Below, in pieces: positions 36,195 to 49,355 of a DNA stretch of 63,706 bases. The DNA is taken from contig JANJGN010000024.1 of NCBI GenBank assembly GCA_026770705.1, forward strand, positions 35,216,295 to 35,280,000, given 5' to 3'. The notes under the pieces were generated by a model. It saw only the letters and a program-made list of their open reading frames with translations. It was not told the origin of the DNA and searched no databases. Made by a program: the position numbers and the translations under genes. The DNA is from Isurus oxyrinchus. Its lineage: Eukaryota. How positions within the stretch are numbered: position 1 is the stretch's first letter; each line of letters opens with the position of its first letter.

Positions 36195-38718
36195 TCAAAT
36201 CAATTTGCCCACGGCCAAAGTCAGACTGATTGGCCTATAATTACTTGGCCTATCCCTTGCATCCTTTTTAAACAATTGTACTACCTCAAATCCTTTGGTT
36301 CCTCGCCTGTATCTATCTGATTGAAAAATAATCCACAGAGCATCTGTTATTTCCTCCTTGGCTTCCTTTAACAGCCTGGGATACAATCCATCTGGCCCTG
36401 GTGATTTATCCACCTTCAAGGATGCCAGTTTCTCCAGTACCTGCTCTCTTGTTATGCTTATTGTATCTAATATTTCACCCTCTGCCTCATTAGTTAGAAC
36501 GTCTGCATTTTCGCTCTCCTTTGTGAAGATGGAGAAAAAGTACCCATTAATAACCCTGCCCACATCTTTTGCATCAATGCATAAGTTATCTTGTGCATTC
36601 CTGATAGGCCCTACCCTTTCCTTAGTTATCCTCTTGCTTTTAATGTACTGATAAAACAACTTTGGATTTTCCTTGATTTTACTTGCCAATATTCTTTCAT
36701 GTCCTCTCTTTACTTCCTTGATTTCATTTTTTCTTCACCCCTGTATTTTCTATACCCCTCTAGGCTTTCTAACGTATTAATTTTTTGTGACAGTCATAAG
36801 CTTTCCTTTTCTGCTTTTTCTTACCCTGTACACTTCCAGATAACTAGGGGGCTCTAGATTTGGCAGTACTGCTCTTTGACTTTGTGGAAACATGTCTATA
36901 ATGTACCCATAGAATCTCACTTTTGAATGTCTCCCACTGGTCTGATTTCCCTTCAAGTAGCTGTATCCAGTCTACTTTCGCCAGATCACCCCTCAGCTTC
37001 GTAAAGTTTGTCTTTCCCCAATTTAGAACTTTTATTCCTGTTCTATCTTTATCCTTTTCCATAATGATGCTAAATCTAATTGTATTATGGTCACTATCTC
37101 CAAAGTGGTCACCCACTGCTACTTCATCCACTTGCCCAGCTTCATTTCCTAAGACAAAATCTAGAATTGCACCCACTCTGGTTGGGCTTGTTATGTGCTG
37201 GCTAAAAAATTTCTCTTGAATGCAGTTTAAGAATGTTGTGCCCTCTGTGCCTATTACACCGTTTGTATCCCAGTTGATATTCGGGTAGTTGAAGTCCCCA
37301 ACTATTATTGCCCTATTGTTTTTGCACTCAGAAATTTGCCGAAATATTTGCTCTTCTATCTCCCTCTCACTATTTGGGGATACTGAGTACACTCTTGGTA
37401 GTGTCGCTGCCCCTTTTTTATTTCTGAGCTCAACTTATATGGGCCTCATTTGATGCTTCATTTAGTATATCATCTTTCCTCACAGCTGGAATTGATTCTT
37501 TAACCAATAATACAACACCCCAACCTTTTCTAGACCCCTCTTTATCCTATCTGAAAAATCCATATCCAGGGATGTTGAGCTGCTATTTTTGTCCCTCTTT
37601 AAGCCAAGTTTGCATTATAACAATGATATCATGCTGCCAGTTGTCTATCTATGCCCTCACTTTGTTTGCTGTACTCATTGCATTTAAATATATACTTTTT
37701 ATAACACTGCAAAATTCCTGTGCTGTACATTTCTTAACTTTTCTTCTTCTGTCTTGCAGAATCACTTGCTAATTTTCTGTCTCTCACTCCCTGCTCTGAA
37801 TTTGTCCTGTCTGAATCTGATCAGGTTCCCACCCCTCTGCAAATCTAGTTTAAACTCTCCCCAACAACCTGAAAGGACATTTGTGCTGCCCCTCTTAGGT
37901 GTAGATCATCCAGCGATCCCATCTTCACCAAAACAGGTCCCAATGCCATAGAAATCTGAAACGCTCCATCCTGCACCATCTCTCCAGCCACGCATTCACC
38001 TGGTGTATTCTCCTATTTCCATACTCACCAGCGTGTAGCCTTAGGAGTGATCAGGAGATTACTACCTTTGAGGTCCTGCTCGCTAATCTCATTTCTAATT
38101 CACTAAACTTAGCCTGCAGGACCTCATCCCTTTTTCTACCTATGTCTTTGGTACAGTGTGGACCATGACCTCTGGCTGTGCACCCTCAACCTCCAGAATG
38201 GCCTGTAGCCATTTGGTGATATCCTTGACCGTGGCATAGGGGAGGCGACGTACCATCCTGGAATCACATCAGCGACCACAAAAGCACCTAACAAATCCCT
38301 ATCACTACTACTCTTCCCCTCTTCTTTCTCCCCTCCTATACAGCTGAACCACCCATGGTGCCACGAATGTGGCTCTGACTGCATTCCTCTGAGGAACGCA
38401 CGCTCTCACCAGCATCCAAAATGGAAAACCAATTTGACTCAGATGACTCCTGCCTGCTGGTCACTCCATCCCTTTCTGCCACCAGGCCCCTGATCTTTGG
38501 TGTGACCACCTCTCTGAATGTGCTATCCATGTAGCTTTCAGCCTCACACGGATGCACCGCAGTGACTCCAGCCGCAGCTTGAACTCTGAAACCTGGAGCT
38601 CAGTTTTCTGCTGCTGGTGACACTTCCTACACATATGGACATCCCGGACACTGGTAGCATCTATGACTTCCCATATATTACAGGATGTGCATTCCACATG
38701 ACCAAGCTGCCTTGCCAT
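36195..38718 (-). mobile_element. CR1 LINE, 5' part (ORF1 + APE + start of RT), decayed
   Basis: ORF1 start MARQLGHVECTSC...CRKC (zinc finger). ORF2 has IIVGDFNYPNINW, ILDFVL, GDSDH (APE) and KSPGPDGLYPRLLKE, NYRPISLT (RT). Confidence 0.9.
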
Positions 38719-39179
38719 GTCTTAACTTTACTTCATTTACTTTATTTTATTTTACTTTAGTTTACTTAGATTCACTTTATTTTACTTGTCCTAACTTAAT
38801 GAACCTTACAACTCTTGATAAACTTTACCAGTACTGATAAAGCTGAATAATTAGCACACTTTTTACTAGTTGCAATAAACCTTATTTAAAGAAACATCTG
38901 ACCAACCAATGAACTTATGTTTTTCCTGTAATGTCACTATTTGAATGTTTTCAATCTCAGCCAGCTGCTGAGTAGAGGTACTTTTGTGCAGGTCAGGCTT
39001 CTCCCAACTCCCTAAAGGCAGTGAAGACCCAGGGCCTCGCCCTCTATTTATCTGCTGCCCAGTAGATGTGTAGAATTTTGAATAAATTTGACATACTCTC
39101 CATATTTTGAACACTCACTCAGGAGTTCACTCTGGCAATAGTCCTGGAGGACTGCCTGTCTACATTTTTAAAAATTATT

Positions 39180-39475
39180 CATTCATGGGACATGGGCATC
39201 ACTTATTGCATTTATTGCCCATCGCGAATTGCCCTCTTGCTCAGAGGGCATTTAAGACTCAACCACATTGCTGTGGGTCTGGGGTCACATCTAGGTCAGA
39301 CCAGGTAAGGATGACAGATTCCCTTCCCTAAAGAACATTAGTGGGTTTTTACAACAATCGACAATGGTTTCATGGTCACAATTAGACTTTTAATTCCAGC
39401 TTTTTTTTTGATGAATTCAAATTTCACCACCTGCCATGGGCCTCTGGATTACTAGTCCAGTGATAATACCACTAC
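39180..39475 (-). mobile_element. tRNA-derived SINE (same family as 15235-15605)
   Basis: Shared GGTAAGGATG(G/A)CAGATT(T/C)CCTTCCCTAAAG and CTGGATTACTAGTCCAGTGA blocks. Confidence 0.75.
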
Positions 39476-40687
39476 TAGAGAATTGGCCCATTATTGGTTT
39501 GGGTTTTGCTATAACGAATGCAATAATCTGTAGGCCCAGGCTTACAAAATTGACCTGCTGACTCATGGACCTGCAACACACTCATCATGGCTGGAACTTT
39601 ATGACTAAGCACCTTTTCTCCACCGCACCCCTCCTCTCCGCCTTCCAAGACCACCCCTCCAAATGCCCCCCACTACCCCCCCCCCCCCAGCCCTCCAGCA
39701 GCCATAAAATATCCTGGGAGAGGTAATTCAACAGAGAGCAGTCAGGGCCAATAAGGAGAAAATTACTCTGGGAAATTCCTCTCCAACCACCTCAGGAGAT
39801 TGAAAGAGTCCAGGGGATCACATGGATCAGGGGGCAGGAAACAGGAGCCATGACTGTTTCTGGGTCCTGTACCCACTCTTGGGGTTGGAATTTTGACTGG
39901 GGAACCCCCTTAATTGGCCTGTACAATTAATGGAGGTTGACACTCAAAGCCAGATACCCAATCAGAGACCTTCCAGTTTAAGAAGAGCAACCAGTTGCAG
40001 TACAGTATAAGTAACTAGCAGGGCCCTTGAAGGAGGGTAGGACAGGCAATCACTCTACAGGGTGACCTTTGGATATACTCCCATGCAGGCAGGGAGGGTT
40101 TGTAGGCCTGCATGGAGCTCTAGCACATCAACCTACCGGCTGGTGCTTGTCTCCAGGCAGTTAAAGATTCACCCCCACCAGCCCCCCCACCCACACTCCC
40201 ACCACTGCCCTCTTTGTACCAGATAACTGGAGAAAACTGAACAATCCTATGGGGGCCAGCACCCTGACAGTCCAAAAACCACCTCAGCCAAAACGGAACC
40301 AGGACCAGGGAATTGGCATGCCATCCTATCAGAAAATGTTGACACCACTTGACATCACTCATGTTCAACAGTGTTCATTTGTGCTCATTTGACATCATTT
40401 GCATTCAAAGGTGATCATTTTGTCATCATTTGGTATCATTTGCACTCAAAAACAATCATTTAGCTCTCATTTCACATCCCAAGTTACGATCAGCTGACCT
40501 TGCTGGTATTTTCGGGCCCTGTCCACCTCCGTACCCAGCCTCGGTGTTCCCAAAAATCCTGCCCCTGTAAAGCGCCTTTCCGATTGTGTTAATGTCTAGC
40601 TGTGTTACCATGGCAACCTCTCAGGAATGAGAAAGCAATCAGCAATGACATAAGTTATTTGGTAATAACTTTCCCCTCTTTTCCTAG

Positions 40688-40719
40688 GGAAGGCACTTTG
40701 AAGAGGATTCTAACACAAG
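40688..40719 (+). other. Candidate small exon (32 nt)
   Basis: Polypyrimidine tract TTTCCCCTCTTTTCCTAG acceptor and AAG|GTACGT donor in apparently non-repeat DNA. Confidence 0.35.
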
Positions 40720-41355
40720 GTACGTTGCCATTGTTATTGTTGAATCAATAAGATGAAGAATTATGCAGAGATTTAAGTTGAAAGCATTTTTTATGAATTA
40801 TTGGTGCAAGGAGTTAAATTAACATTTAGCTGAGAAACTGAACTGATGTCAGCAAGTTGCAAGAGAAAAAGACTTGCATTGATATAGCACCTTTCATGAC
40901 CTCTGGAAGCTCCAAAGCACTTTACAGAAAATGAAGCACTTTTTGGAAGTGTAGTCACTGCTGTGATGTAGAAAGTGCAGCAGCCAGTCTGCCTTGCAAG
41001 CTATCAAAAACAGCAATGATCTGTAGATAAGGGGACTGAATGACCAAAGGGCCATATTAAAAGTTTCTTGCTCTCATTTTAACTCAAGTAAAGCCAATAG
41101 ACAGCAAAACTTCCATTGGGCTGTTCCCACAATTTAATGTGCAACCGATAAAAAGGCAGACGCATCTTTTCTTACTTTGAGATTGATCAAATTTGCTTCC
41201 TAACAAAATTCTATCATTGGAAGAGGGTGTAAAGATGTTGCCGAGCTCGGTTGTTTATGTCAGGATGTTGCCATCAATATATGCAGAGTAGGCCTAGGCC
41301 TGTTTCCTGGTTTGAGACCTGACTTCACTATAGTTTGATTTTATCTATTTTACAG

Positions 41356-41415
41356 GATTTCTGTGCAAGAACAAGGTTGTTTGGTTAATCCTAGTGCAAC
41401 TGCTAGTTCTACCCA
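41356..41415 (+). other. Candidate small exon (60 nt)
   Basis: TTATCTATTTTACAG acceptor and consensus GTAAGT donor. Two frames stay open when joined to 40688-40719. Confidence 0.4.
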
Positions 41416-42739
41416 GTAAGTAAAGGCCTTTTAATTAGTCACTATAGCCAAGTCGAGTCAATCTTCACCCAGGGTTGACAACTCTGATTGGATGTATTCC
41501 TGGAGGTTTCCTTGCGTTGGCCCATAACTTCCAAGCTTCTAGGAGTTGTAACTCGGGATACCCAAACCTGTGCTGGGGAACCCCCATCTCCCCCACCGGA
41601 GATCCCCAGGTAAGGATTGACCAGCAATTGTCCGGGAAGTTCAAACTTCCGATGGGCAATTGTCCTGCAATTGGAACTATGCAAAAGTTCAATTTAAATT
41701 GCAAACTTTGTATAGTTCCGACTGTCTTACAGTAATAGTTACCCAGGAAAAGTTACAAGAATTAAAACCATTTCCAACTCCAGGGTAACTATAGTACTGA
41801 ACCCCAAAGGGACTCCCCCCACACCCCCACCCCCAAACATTACACAGGAACCCCCTGAACACCTGATCCCTCCAGTAACCACACCCCACACTGATCACCC
41901 GACGCCCCCTGAACAACTGACCCTCCCAAACACTGAGCCCCCTGAACCCCACTGAGCCCCTGACCCCATACCCCTGACCAACCGACTGCCTGCCTCCCTG
42001 AACGTCCTCCAAATCAAGCACACCCTCTGAACAACCGACCCTGTCCCCCGCTACCAACCATACACACCACCCCCTCCGTGACTACCCACCCACCCCCCCT
42101 ACAACCAATGTCTCTGCACTGACCAGCCAACATTCTCACTGCCCAGAACTCCAACCCAATCCTGCCCGCTTACCTCACAAACCTACCTTCCCCCTGGTTT
42201 GAAAGTGGCCGGACTTCGGAACTTACCTGCTTTACTGCAGCTAGTGCTGCAAAAAAAGGGGCGTGGCTTACTTACCTCCGACTTTCCAGCCCCCGACTGA
42301 GGGCGCTGTCCTAACCACTTCCTGCCGGCCTGAGTCAGAATTTTGGGTGAGAAAGGATCACCTGGATTTCGAGGTGGGAAACTAGGAGCTGAGTAGCAAT
42401 CCGACTCTGATCGCCACTCCACAGAAATTCAAGCCCAAGAGTTCCCAACTCCAACTTCCCACCCCCAACGCTAACGCCATTGTTGATATGAACCCCACCC
42501 CCCACATCTCTCCTTCCAGAGCACCACATTCCCAAACCTATTGTAAAGCAATCTACCTTCTAATAATCTGACTGGATGATACTAGAGACTATGAACGTTT
42601 TTATTGTCTTCAATATTTCTATAAAGATTATAATAAATGTTCAAAGAAAATGAAAGATATCACTTTTTAAATGGATGTATCATTCATGTGTAGATAAATT
42701 AATTCGAATCTGCAGAAATGTGCCTTAATAGCAGGCAAC

Positions 42740-43456
42740 CAGTATTTGTGACAAATCACGTCCGGCTGACCTGTTTGAGCTCTTTGATGAAGTAACATCA
42801 TGATGAAGGCAACACAGTAAATCTACAAATGGACTTTCAAAAGGCATTTGTTGAAGTACCACAGCAACAGGCCTATTCAGGAAGTAGAAGCAGATGGTGT
42901 TAAAGGGACAATGGTAACTTGGGTGCATAATTGGCTAACTTAAGCAGTAGGCGGAGAGTGGTAGTAAACTGATATTTTTTTGATTGGAAGGAAGTGTGCA
43001 GTACAGTCCCCAAGGGATCAGTATTAGGCCCATGACCTCTCTTATTGTATAAATAACCTGGACTTGGATGTACGAAGTACAATTTTGAAGCTTCCAGATA
43101 ACACAGCAATGTTGTAAACAGTAAGCAGGACAGTAGCAGACTTCAGGAGGACTTGTCTTAGACAGTCTGAAAAAAGACAAACACATGGCAAATGCAAATT
43201 AATGCAAATGAATAAGAAATGTTGCATTTTGGGAGAAACAACTTGGAGATGCAGGAAAGTGGGACCAGGTAGAAGTCTCTTTCAGACAACCAGTGCAGAC
43301 TCGATGGGCCAAATGGCCTCCTTCTGCATCGTAAAGATTCTGTGATTCTGAGAGGCAGTGTAATCTAAATGGGGCAAAAGCAGAGGGACCTAGAGGTGCA
43401 CATTCACAACCCTTTGAAGATGTAGGGTAAGTTGATAGGGTGGTTAAGAAAGCAGA
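42740..43456 (+). mobile_element. Decayed CR1 RT fragment (left part, interrupted by Tx1)
   Basis: MDFQKAF, VPKGSVLGP and DNT remnants; continues at 48941-49340. Confidence 0.7.
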
Positions 43457-44942
43457 GGGCTGCCTTCATCAAGTGGATCCTGTAGAAGGTTTGTGGATTT
43501 GAAGCGGAGGACATCTACTTTCTGCCAGACTTTCCCAGCACTGGATATTTCAATGTGGGGTTCAAGCAAGTGGCAGCATGCATCAAGTTCCTGAAGGTGT
43601 TTGAGGAGAAGAGAGACCTGCTGGAGATGAAGATCCTGACGGTGGAGCTGCTCCTTTCTCTGCCGTGGCAATGGGACCGTGTGGTGACTGTGCATCTCTA
43701 CAACCCCTACGTCCCTGTCGCCGACGTGTTCACCTTCCTCACCAGGTACCTCGACAAGGTTGGGAGCTGCACCGAGGTTAGAGACGCCTTTGGGATTTGG
43801 ACATGCAAACACCAGGTTAAGGTCACGCTCAAGACTGATGGTAAGGGAGCCATCTCCCACCCTCCTTCCAGCTTCGCAATGGGGGGAAGCCGTGGCTACC
43901 TTGTCTACGCTGGGCAGTCCAAACTTTGTCGCTCATGTGGCAAGTCTGATCATGTGGTGGCCAACTGCAGCGCCGTCCTCTGCAAGAACTGCAAACAGGA
44001 ACGGCACTAGACAAAGCACTGCAAACAGGCTAAGTGCTGCAACCTGTGTGGCGAGGCAGGTCACCTCTACAAAACCTGCCCCAAACGCTGCCTCACTTAT
44101 GCACAGGCAGCCAAAGCCAACGAGGGGGAAGTAGAGGAAATGCTTCATGTCACTACTACCACCAAGGCCCCCAGTGAGAACAACGGGACAAAGGAGGACA
44201 CAGAGAGAGACAAAGTGGAAGAACAGATTGAGGCGACAGACAGCCAAGCAACAGCACTGCCCCTTGAACCTCCCACTCCTCTGGAAAGCGAATCAATGGA
44301 GGAGGAGGAAGCAGCAGAAAATCAGCAGGGGGAGTGGCAGCTGGTGAAGCGAGCCCAAAGGAAGAAGGGGCTAAGAAGGGACCAAGCATTTCCCAGACAA
44401 GTGGCAAGAGGCGTCTCCCATCCAGCACGGATGACAAGAGCAGCAGCTCTTCGGATGAAGATATGCCAGGGCGGCACCTACAGAAGAAGTGGCAAAGCTC
44501 TAGGGAGTTGGAGGGCAAGACACCCGAGCTCCAGAATATTGGAGACAATGAGGAGATAAGCGCACCCCAACTTTGCCCACAACCCAAAGAGGCCAGTGCA
44601 CCCCAGCCCCAGGTATCTGGGAGCAGTGAAGCGCTCAGCGCACCCCAGCTCCGGGAATCTGGGAGCAGTGAAGCGCTCAGCGCACCCCAGCTCCGGGAAG
44701 CCAGGAACAGCAACGCCCCAGAGGGGGAGAGGATTGGAGAAGCTTCTCCAACAGAGGACATTTCAAATCCCACTCTCTGCACGAACCCCCAGATGCCACC
44801 CGAGCAGAACACCGCCAATGGGGAGGTTCAGGATGCTTTCCTCAGCCCATCCCAAGTGAGGCAATTTGTGAACACTATGGGTATGCAGGAGCAGACCAAA
44901 GATCTGGGACTCTCAGAGACAACAGGTTTGCTAAGAGACTAA
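43457..44942 (+). pseudogene. Tx1 ORF1 (gag-like, ZCCHC3-like, three zinc knuckles)
   Basis: VTVHLYNPYVP...GIWT...YAGQSKLCRSCGKSDHVVANC, CKNCKQERH*TKHC, CNLCGEAGHLYKTC. Internal stops and a frameshift. Confidence 0.85.
44598..44700 (+). repeat. 42-bp in-frame tandem repeat (~2.5 copies) in the Tx1 ORF1 tail
   Basis: GCACCCCAG... units start at 44598, 44640 and 44682 and encode APQLRESGSSEALS-like peptides. Confidence 0.85.
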
Positions 44943-44952
44943 ATGCTTTAAA

Positions 44953-47900
44953 ATGGGTGTAAAGATTGTATCCATAAATGTGCGTAGCATTAAATCTACA
45001 CCGCGATGTGTTGCGACCTTGGATTACCTTGCCAGGGTCAAAGCTGACCTGTTGTTTCTGCAGGAGTGTGCGACACTGCACCTCAGCTCCTACAGACAAT
45101 GTGGTCCCATGGTCCATCAACCTGGTCGGGAGGAAACGACTCTCGTTCCTCCGGCCTAGGTATTCTGCAGCAGGGAGGCAGCTTCACTGTCTCCGAGGTT
45201 AAGGAGGTGGTGAGCGGATGCCTCCTTGTAGCAGACGTAATGTACAAGAATGCTCCACTCCAGGTAATTAACGTGTACACCCCGTCACAAAAGGGCGAGC
45301 GGCTGGAGGTTTTTCAGCAGCTCCCACTGCTGCTGGCGACCTCCAGGCCGGTCATTCTGGGCGGTGACTTCAACTGCATCATCGATGCGGCTGGACGATC
45401 CGGCAGGGCCGACAGCAGATTGGACGCTATGTCCAGATCCCTGATGGAAACAGTAAAGGATGCCAAGCTGCACGACGTCTTCAGTAACCCTGCAGATGGA
45501 GCGCAGCGTAGATACACCTGGTCGCGGCCAGACGGGTCCATCCGTTCCAGGATAGACTTCCTGTTTGTATCCCATATGTTCGCAGTCAGATCCACCGACG
45601 TCAAGCCGGTGTTCTTCTCTGACCACTGCCTCCTACTGGCTGACTGTCACTTAGAGGAAGATCAGAGCGTGGGCAGAGGGGCATGGAAGCTAAACGTGCA
45701 ACTGCTGACTCCAGAGAACTTTGAGGAGCTTGAGGGATTACAAAGGTTGGAGAACCATGAAACCCCACTTTGAGTCACTGACACACTGGTGGGAAGCGAT
45801 CAAGGGAAACATCAAAAGGTTTTTCATCCTCAAAGGCACCCAGAAAGCTAGAAAGGAACAGAGGGAAATGTCCCAAATCCAGAAAAACATGCAGGATCTG
45901 CTCCGGCTACAGTCGATGGGGATCGATGTCAAGGAGGAACTCCAAGAGGTCAAGAGCCAGCAAGCCTCGCTCTTTGCCTCGGAGGCCTCCAAGATCATCT
46001 TCCGTTCCAGAGTCCGCTCCGTGGAGCAGGATGAGACATGCTCACGTTTCTTCTTCCAAAAGGTACACAGAGAGATCTCTGTGATCAGCAGCCTGAAGGA
46101 AGAAGACGGCTCAGTAAAGTCATCGCAGTCTGATACTTTGAGGATCAGCAAATCCTTTTATGCCGGATTATATGACGTGAAGCCCACAGACAGCACGGCC
46201 TCCCAGTCTTTTCTGTCCTCTATCACGGAGGTCTTAGATGACAGTACACGGGAGAGTCTGGACAAACCGCTAGCTCCTGACGAACTGACTAAGGCCCTTG
46301 AGTCTTTCGAGAAGAGTAAAACTCCCGGAAGCAACGGCTTGCCGGCGGAGTTGTATTCGGCTCTGTGGGACTGGATCGGCCCAGACCTGCTAGAAGTGTA
46401 TGAGAGTATGCTCCTGGCCGGCAGTATGTCAGAATCCATGAGGAAAGGCATCATCACCCTCATCTACAAGCACAAGGGGGAAAGGGAGGAAATTAGAAAT
46501 TGGCGACCCATTTCATTGTTGAATGTGGGCTATAAAATTCTGTCCAAGGTCATCGCCAATCGGGTCAAGTCCGCTCTGGAATTGGCAATCCACCCTGACC
46601 AGACCTGCACTGTGCCGGGCAGGAAGATCTCTGACAGCCTCGCGCTGCTCAGGGATACGATTGCCTATGTACAGGACAGGGGTGTGGACACCTGCCTCAT
46701 CAGCCTGGATCAGGAGAAGGCCTTTGACAGAATATCGCACACCTACATGGTGGATGTACTCTCCAAAATGGGGTTTGGGGAGGGAATTCGCAATTGGATC
46801 CAACTGCTCTACACTAACATCAGTCGCGCAGTCTCAATCAATGGGTGGGAATCAGATAGCTTTCCGATTAAACCTGGAGTCAGGCAGGGCTGCCCTCTCT
46901 CCCCTGTCCTGTTTGTGTTGCATAGAACCCCTTGTTGAGTCCATCAGGAAGGATCCGGGCATAAGAGGAGTGACGATCCCAGGCAGTGGAGGCACTCAGG
47001 TCAAAGCCTCCCTGTATATGAACAATGTGACTGTCTTCTGCTCAGATCCGCTGTCGGTGCGCAGACTGATCCACATCTGCAACCAGTTCGAACTGGCCTC
47101 GGGAGCCAAGGTAAATCGTGGGAAGAGCGAGACCATGTTCTTTAGGAACTGGGCTGACCGATCCTTTGTCCCCTTCACCGTCAGGGCTGACGGCCTGAAG
47201 GTGCTGGGGATATGGTTTGGAAGAACTGGGGCATACGATAGAAACTGGATGGAGTGAGAGGCTATGTTGGAAAGAAAACTGGGCATGTGGGAGCGACGCT
47301 CCCTCTCCATTGCGGGTAAGAACCTGGTCATCAGGTGTGTGGCACTCTCGCTGTTGCTGTACGTGGCGCAGGTCTGGCCCATTCCAGACTCCTGCGCGAT
47401 GGCGATCACCCGAGCCATCTTTCGCTTTATCTGGAGGTCAAAAATGGATCGTGTCCGTAGGGACGCAATATACAAGCTTCTAGATAAAGGGGGAAAAAAA
47501 CGTGCCCAACATCGCCCTCATCACCTTTGTATGTGGCTGGATCAAGCTGTGCATAGACCCTCGGTACACAAACACCAAGTGTCACTACGTGCTGAGGTTC
47601 TATCTGTCCCCGGTGTTGCGAAGGATGGGTCTGGCCACGTTGCCGCGGAACGCTCCAAGTAGTTGGACCATGCCATACCACCTGTCCCTCGTGGAAATGT
47701 TTATGCAGAGAAACATCTTTGACCACAAGTCCATCAGGCAGTGGTCGGCACATAACATCTTAGAGGCCCTGCGGGAAAAGGAGAGGGTGGATCCTGTGGG
47801 ATAGTTCCCCGAGCAGACTTTTCAAAGTCATTTTACAGAATGCCTAAACGCCAGAACTTTCCAACAAGCACCAAGATGTAGCTTGGCTGGTGGTGAGAAA

Positions 47901-48335
47901 GGCCCTCCCTGTCAGATCTTTCCAACACACCAGGAGTCTCACCCCCTCGACACGTTGCCCTCGAGGTGGCTGTGGTGGGGACGAGACCGTTGTTCACCTC
48001 CTTGTGGATTGTGCCTTTGCAAAGAAGGTCTGGAGAGAGATGCAGTGGTTTCTGTCGAGGTTCATCCCGAGCAGTTCTGTGACACAGGACTCTGCTCTAC
48101 GGGCTGTTCCCAGGGACACACACCGAGACAAACATCAGCTGCAGCTGGAGGATCATCAACTCAGTAAAAGACGCTCTTTGATCTGCCCGAAAGTTGTTGG
48201 TCTTCCAGCGCAAAGAGTTGTCCCCGACCGTGATGCAGACTGGCACATTCCAAAGTCCAGGACTACGTGCTGAGGGATGCACTAAAGCTTGGGGCAGCTG
48301 CTGCAAAGGGGCAATGGGGAAGGGTCACTGTCTAA
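44953..48335 (+). pseudogene. Tx1 ORF2 (APE endonuclease + RT + zinc finger)
   Basis: MGVKIVSINVRS, FLQE, GGDFNC, SRIDF, FSDH (APE); WRPISLLN, SLDQEKAFDR, GVRQGCPLSP, YMNN (degenerate YMDD); CPRGGCGGDETVVHLLVDC. Several frameshifts. Confidence 0.92.
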
Positions 48336-48664
48336 GACCTTTCTGCCACAGTGCACCTAGGGGCTGGGAACTGTTGAGAGCACCTTGGGCTGTACAGCGC
48401 AAAATGAATGCCTGCATTGAATACTAATTGTATTATAATTGTATTGAAGCACCTCAGAGAGCAACATGATGTATGTTGATAACTCCAATCCCATTGTCTG
48501 ATTGTCCGTATTGAAATGATTGGAATATTCATTGATTGTATTGATGCACCTTGTGATCCAAGTGTAAAAGTTGAATCTGATTGTACTTTTGTGATGGTGA
48601 TTTTGAAATGTTTTGGAATGTTCTTCCAGATATTTTACGAATAAAGTATATTTTTCAAAAAAAA

Positions 48665-48943
48665 CGATAGCTACTGCAAAGGTGCAATGGTGAAAGACTA
48701 GTGTATAAGGCCTTTCAGCCATAGTACACCAATGAGCTAGTAATGGTGCAGGACCCTTTGGGATGCAAGCTTGTTCTTAAATGTATATAGTTACTACAAT
48801 TGTTTTGAGGCACACAAAGTGCAACATGCTGTGTGGAAAAAGCTGATTGTTTGTTCTGCTTCCTACTATGACAATTTGAAATGTATTTTATAATGTTCTT
48901 TTAGATGTTTCTTTTAGAATAAAGCATGTTTTGCAAAAAAAAA
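48665..48943 (+). mobile_element. Second, diverged Tx1 3' end stacked behind the first
   Basis: AGCTACTGCAAAGGTGCAATGG...TAAGGCCTTTCAGCCATAGTACACC resembles 48296-48360, and it has its own AATAAA and A-tail. Confidence 0.7.
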
Positions 48944-49340
48944 GCAGATGATATACATAGCTTAGTAAATAAGGACATTGAATATAAAGACAAGAAAGTC
49001 ATGGTAAACATTTGCAAATATCTGGTTAGGCATCAAATGGAATATTGTGTACAACAAGGTCTTGGTACAAGGTACACAGGAAGTTTAACAAGGATGTTAC
49101 CAGGACTGAGGCGATTTAATCGTGTGGAAAGACTGGAGAAGCTGGGATTGATCTTAGAGCAGAGAGGATTAAGGAGAAACCTATTAGATGTTTTGAAACT
49201 GATGAGGCTTTTGATGGAGCCATTGGGAAAAATCCCTTTCCTTTGGTAAGTGGGCAATAATAGATTTAAAAGAATTGGCAAATGAAATGGAGGAAAAATT
49301 AGGAGAATTTTTTCGCACAGAGGGTTGTTAGGATGTAAAA
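48941..49340 (+). mobile_element. Decayed CR1 3' fragment (right part)
   Basis: IEYKDKKVMVNICKYLVRHQMEYCVQ...TRMLPGL...ERLEKLGL, typical CR1 ORF2 C-terminus. Confidence 0.8.
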
Positions 49341-49355
49341 CTTTATGAAACTCCA

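Larger units (their letters stand above)
43457..48664 (+). mobile_element. Tx1/L1-clade non-LTR retrotransposon, near full length, decayed
   Basis: ORF1 with three CCHC knuckles; ORF2 with APE, RT and C-terminal zinc finger; 3' UTR with AATAAA and A-tail at 48640-48664. Confidence 0.92.
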
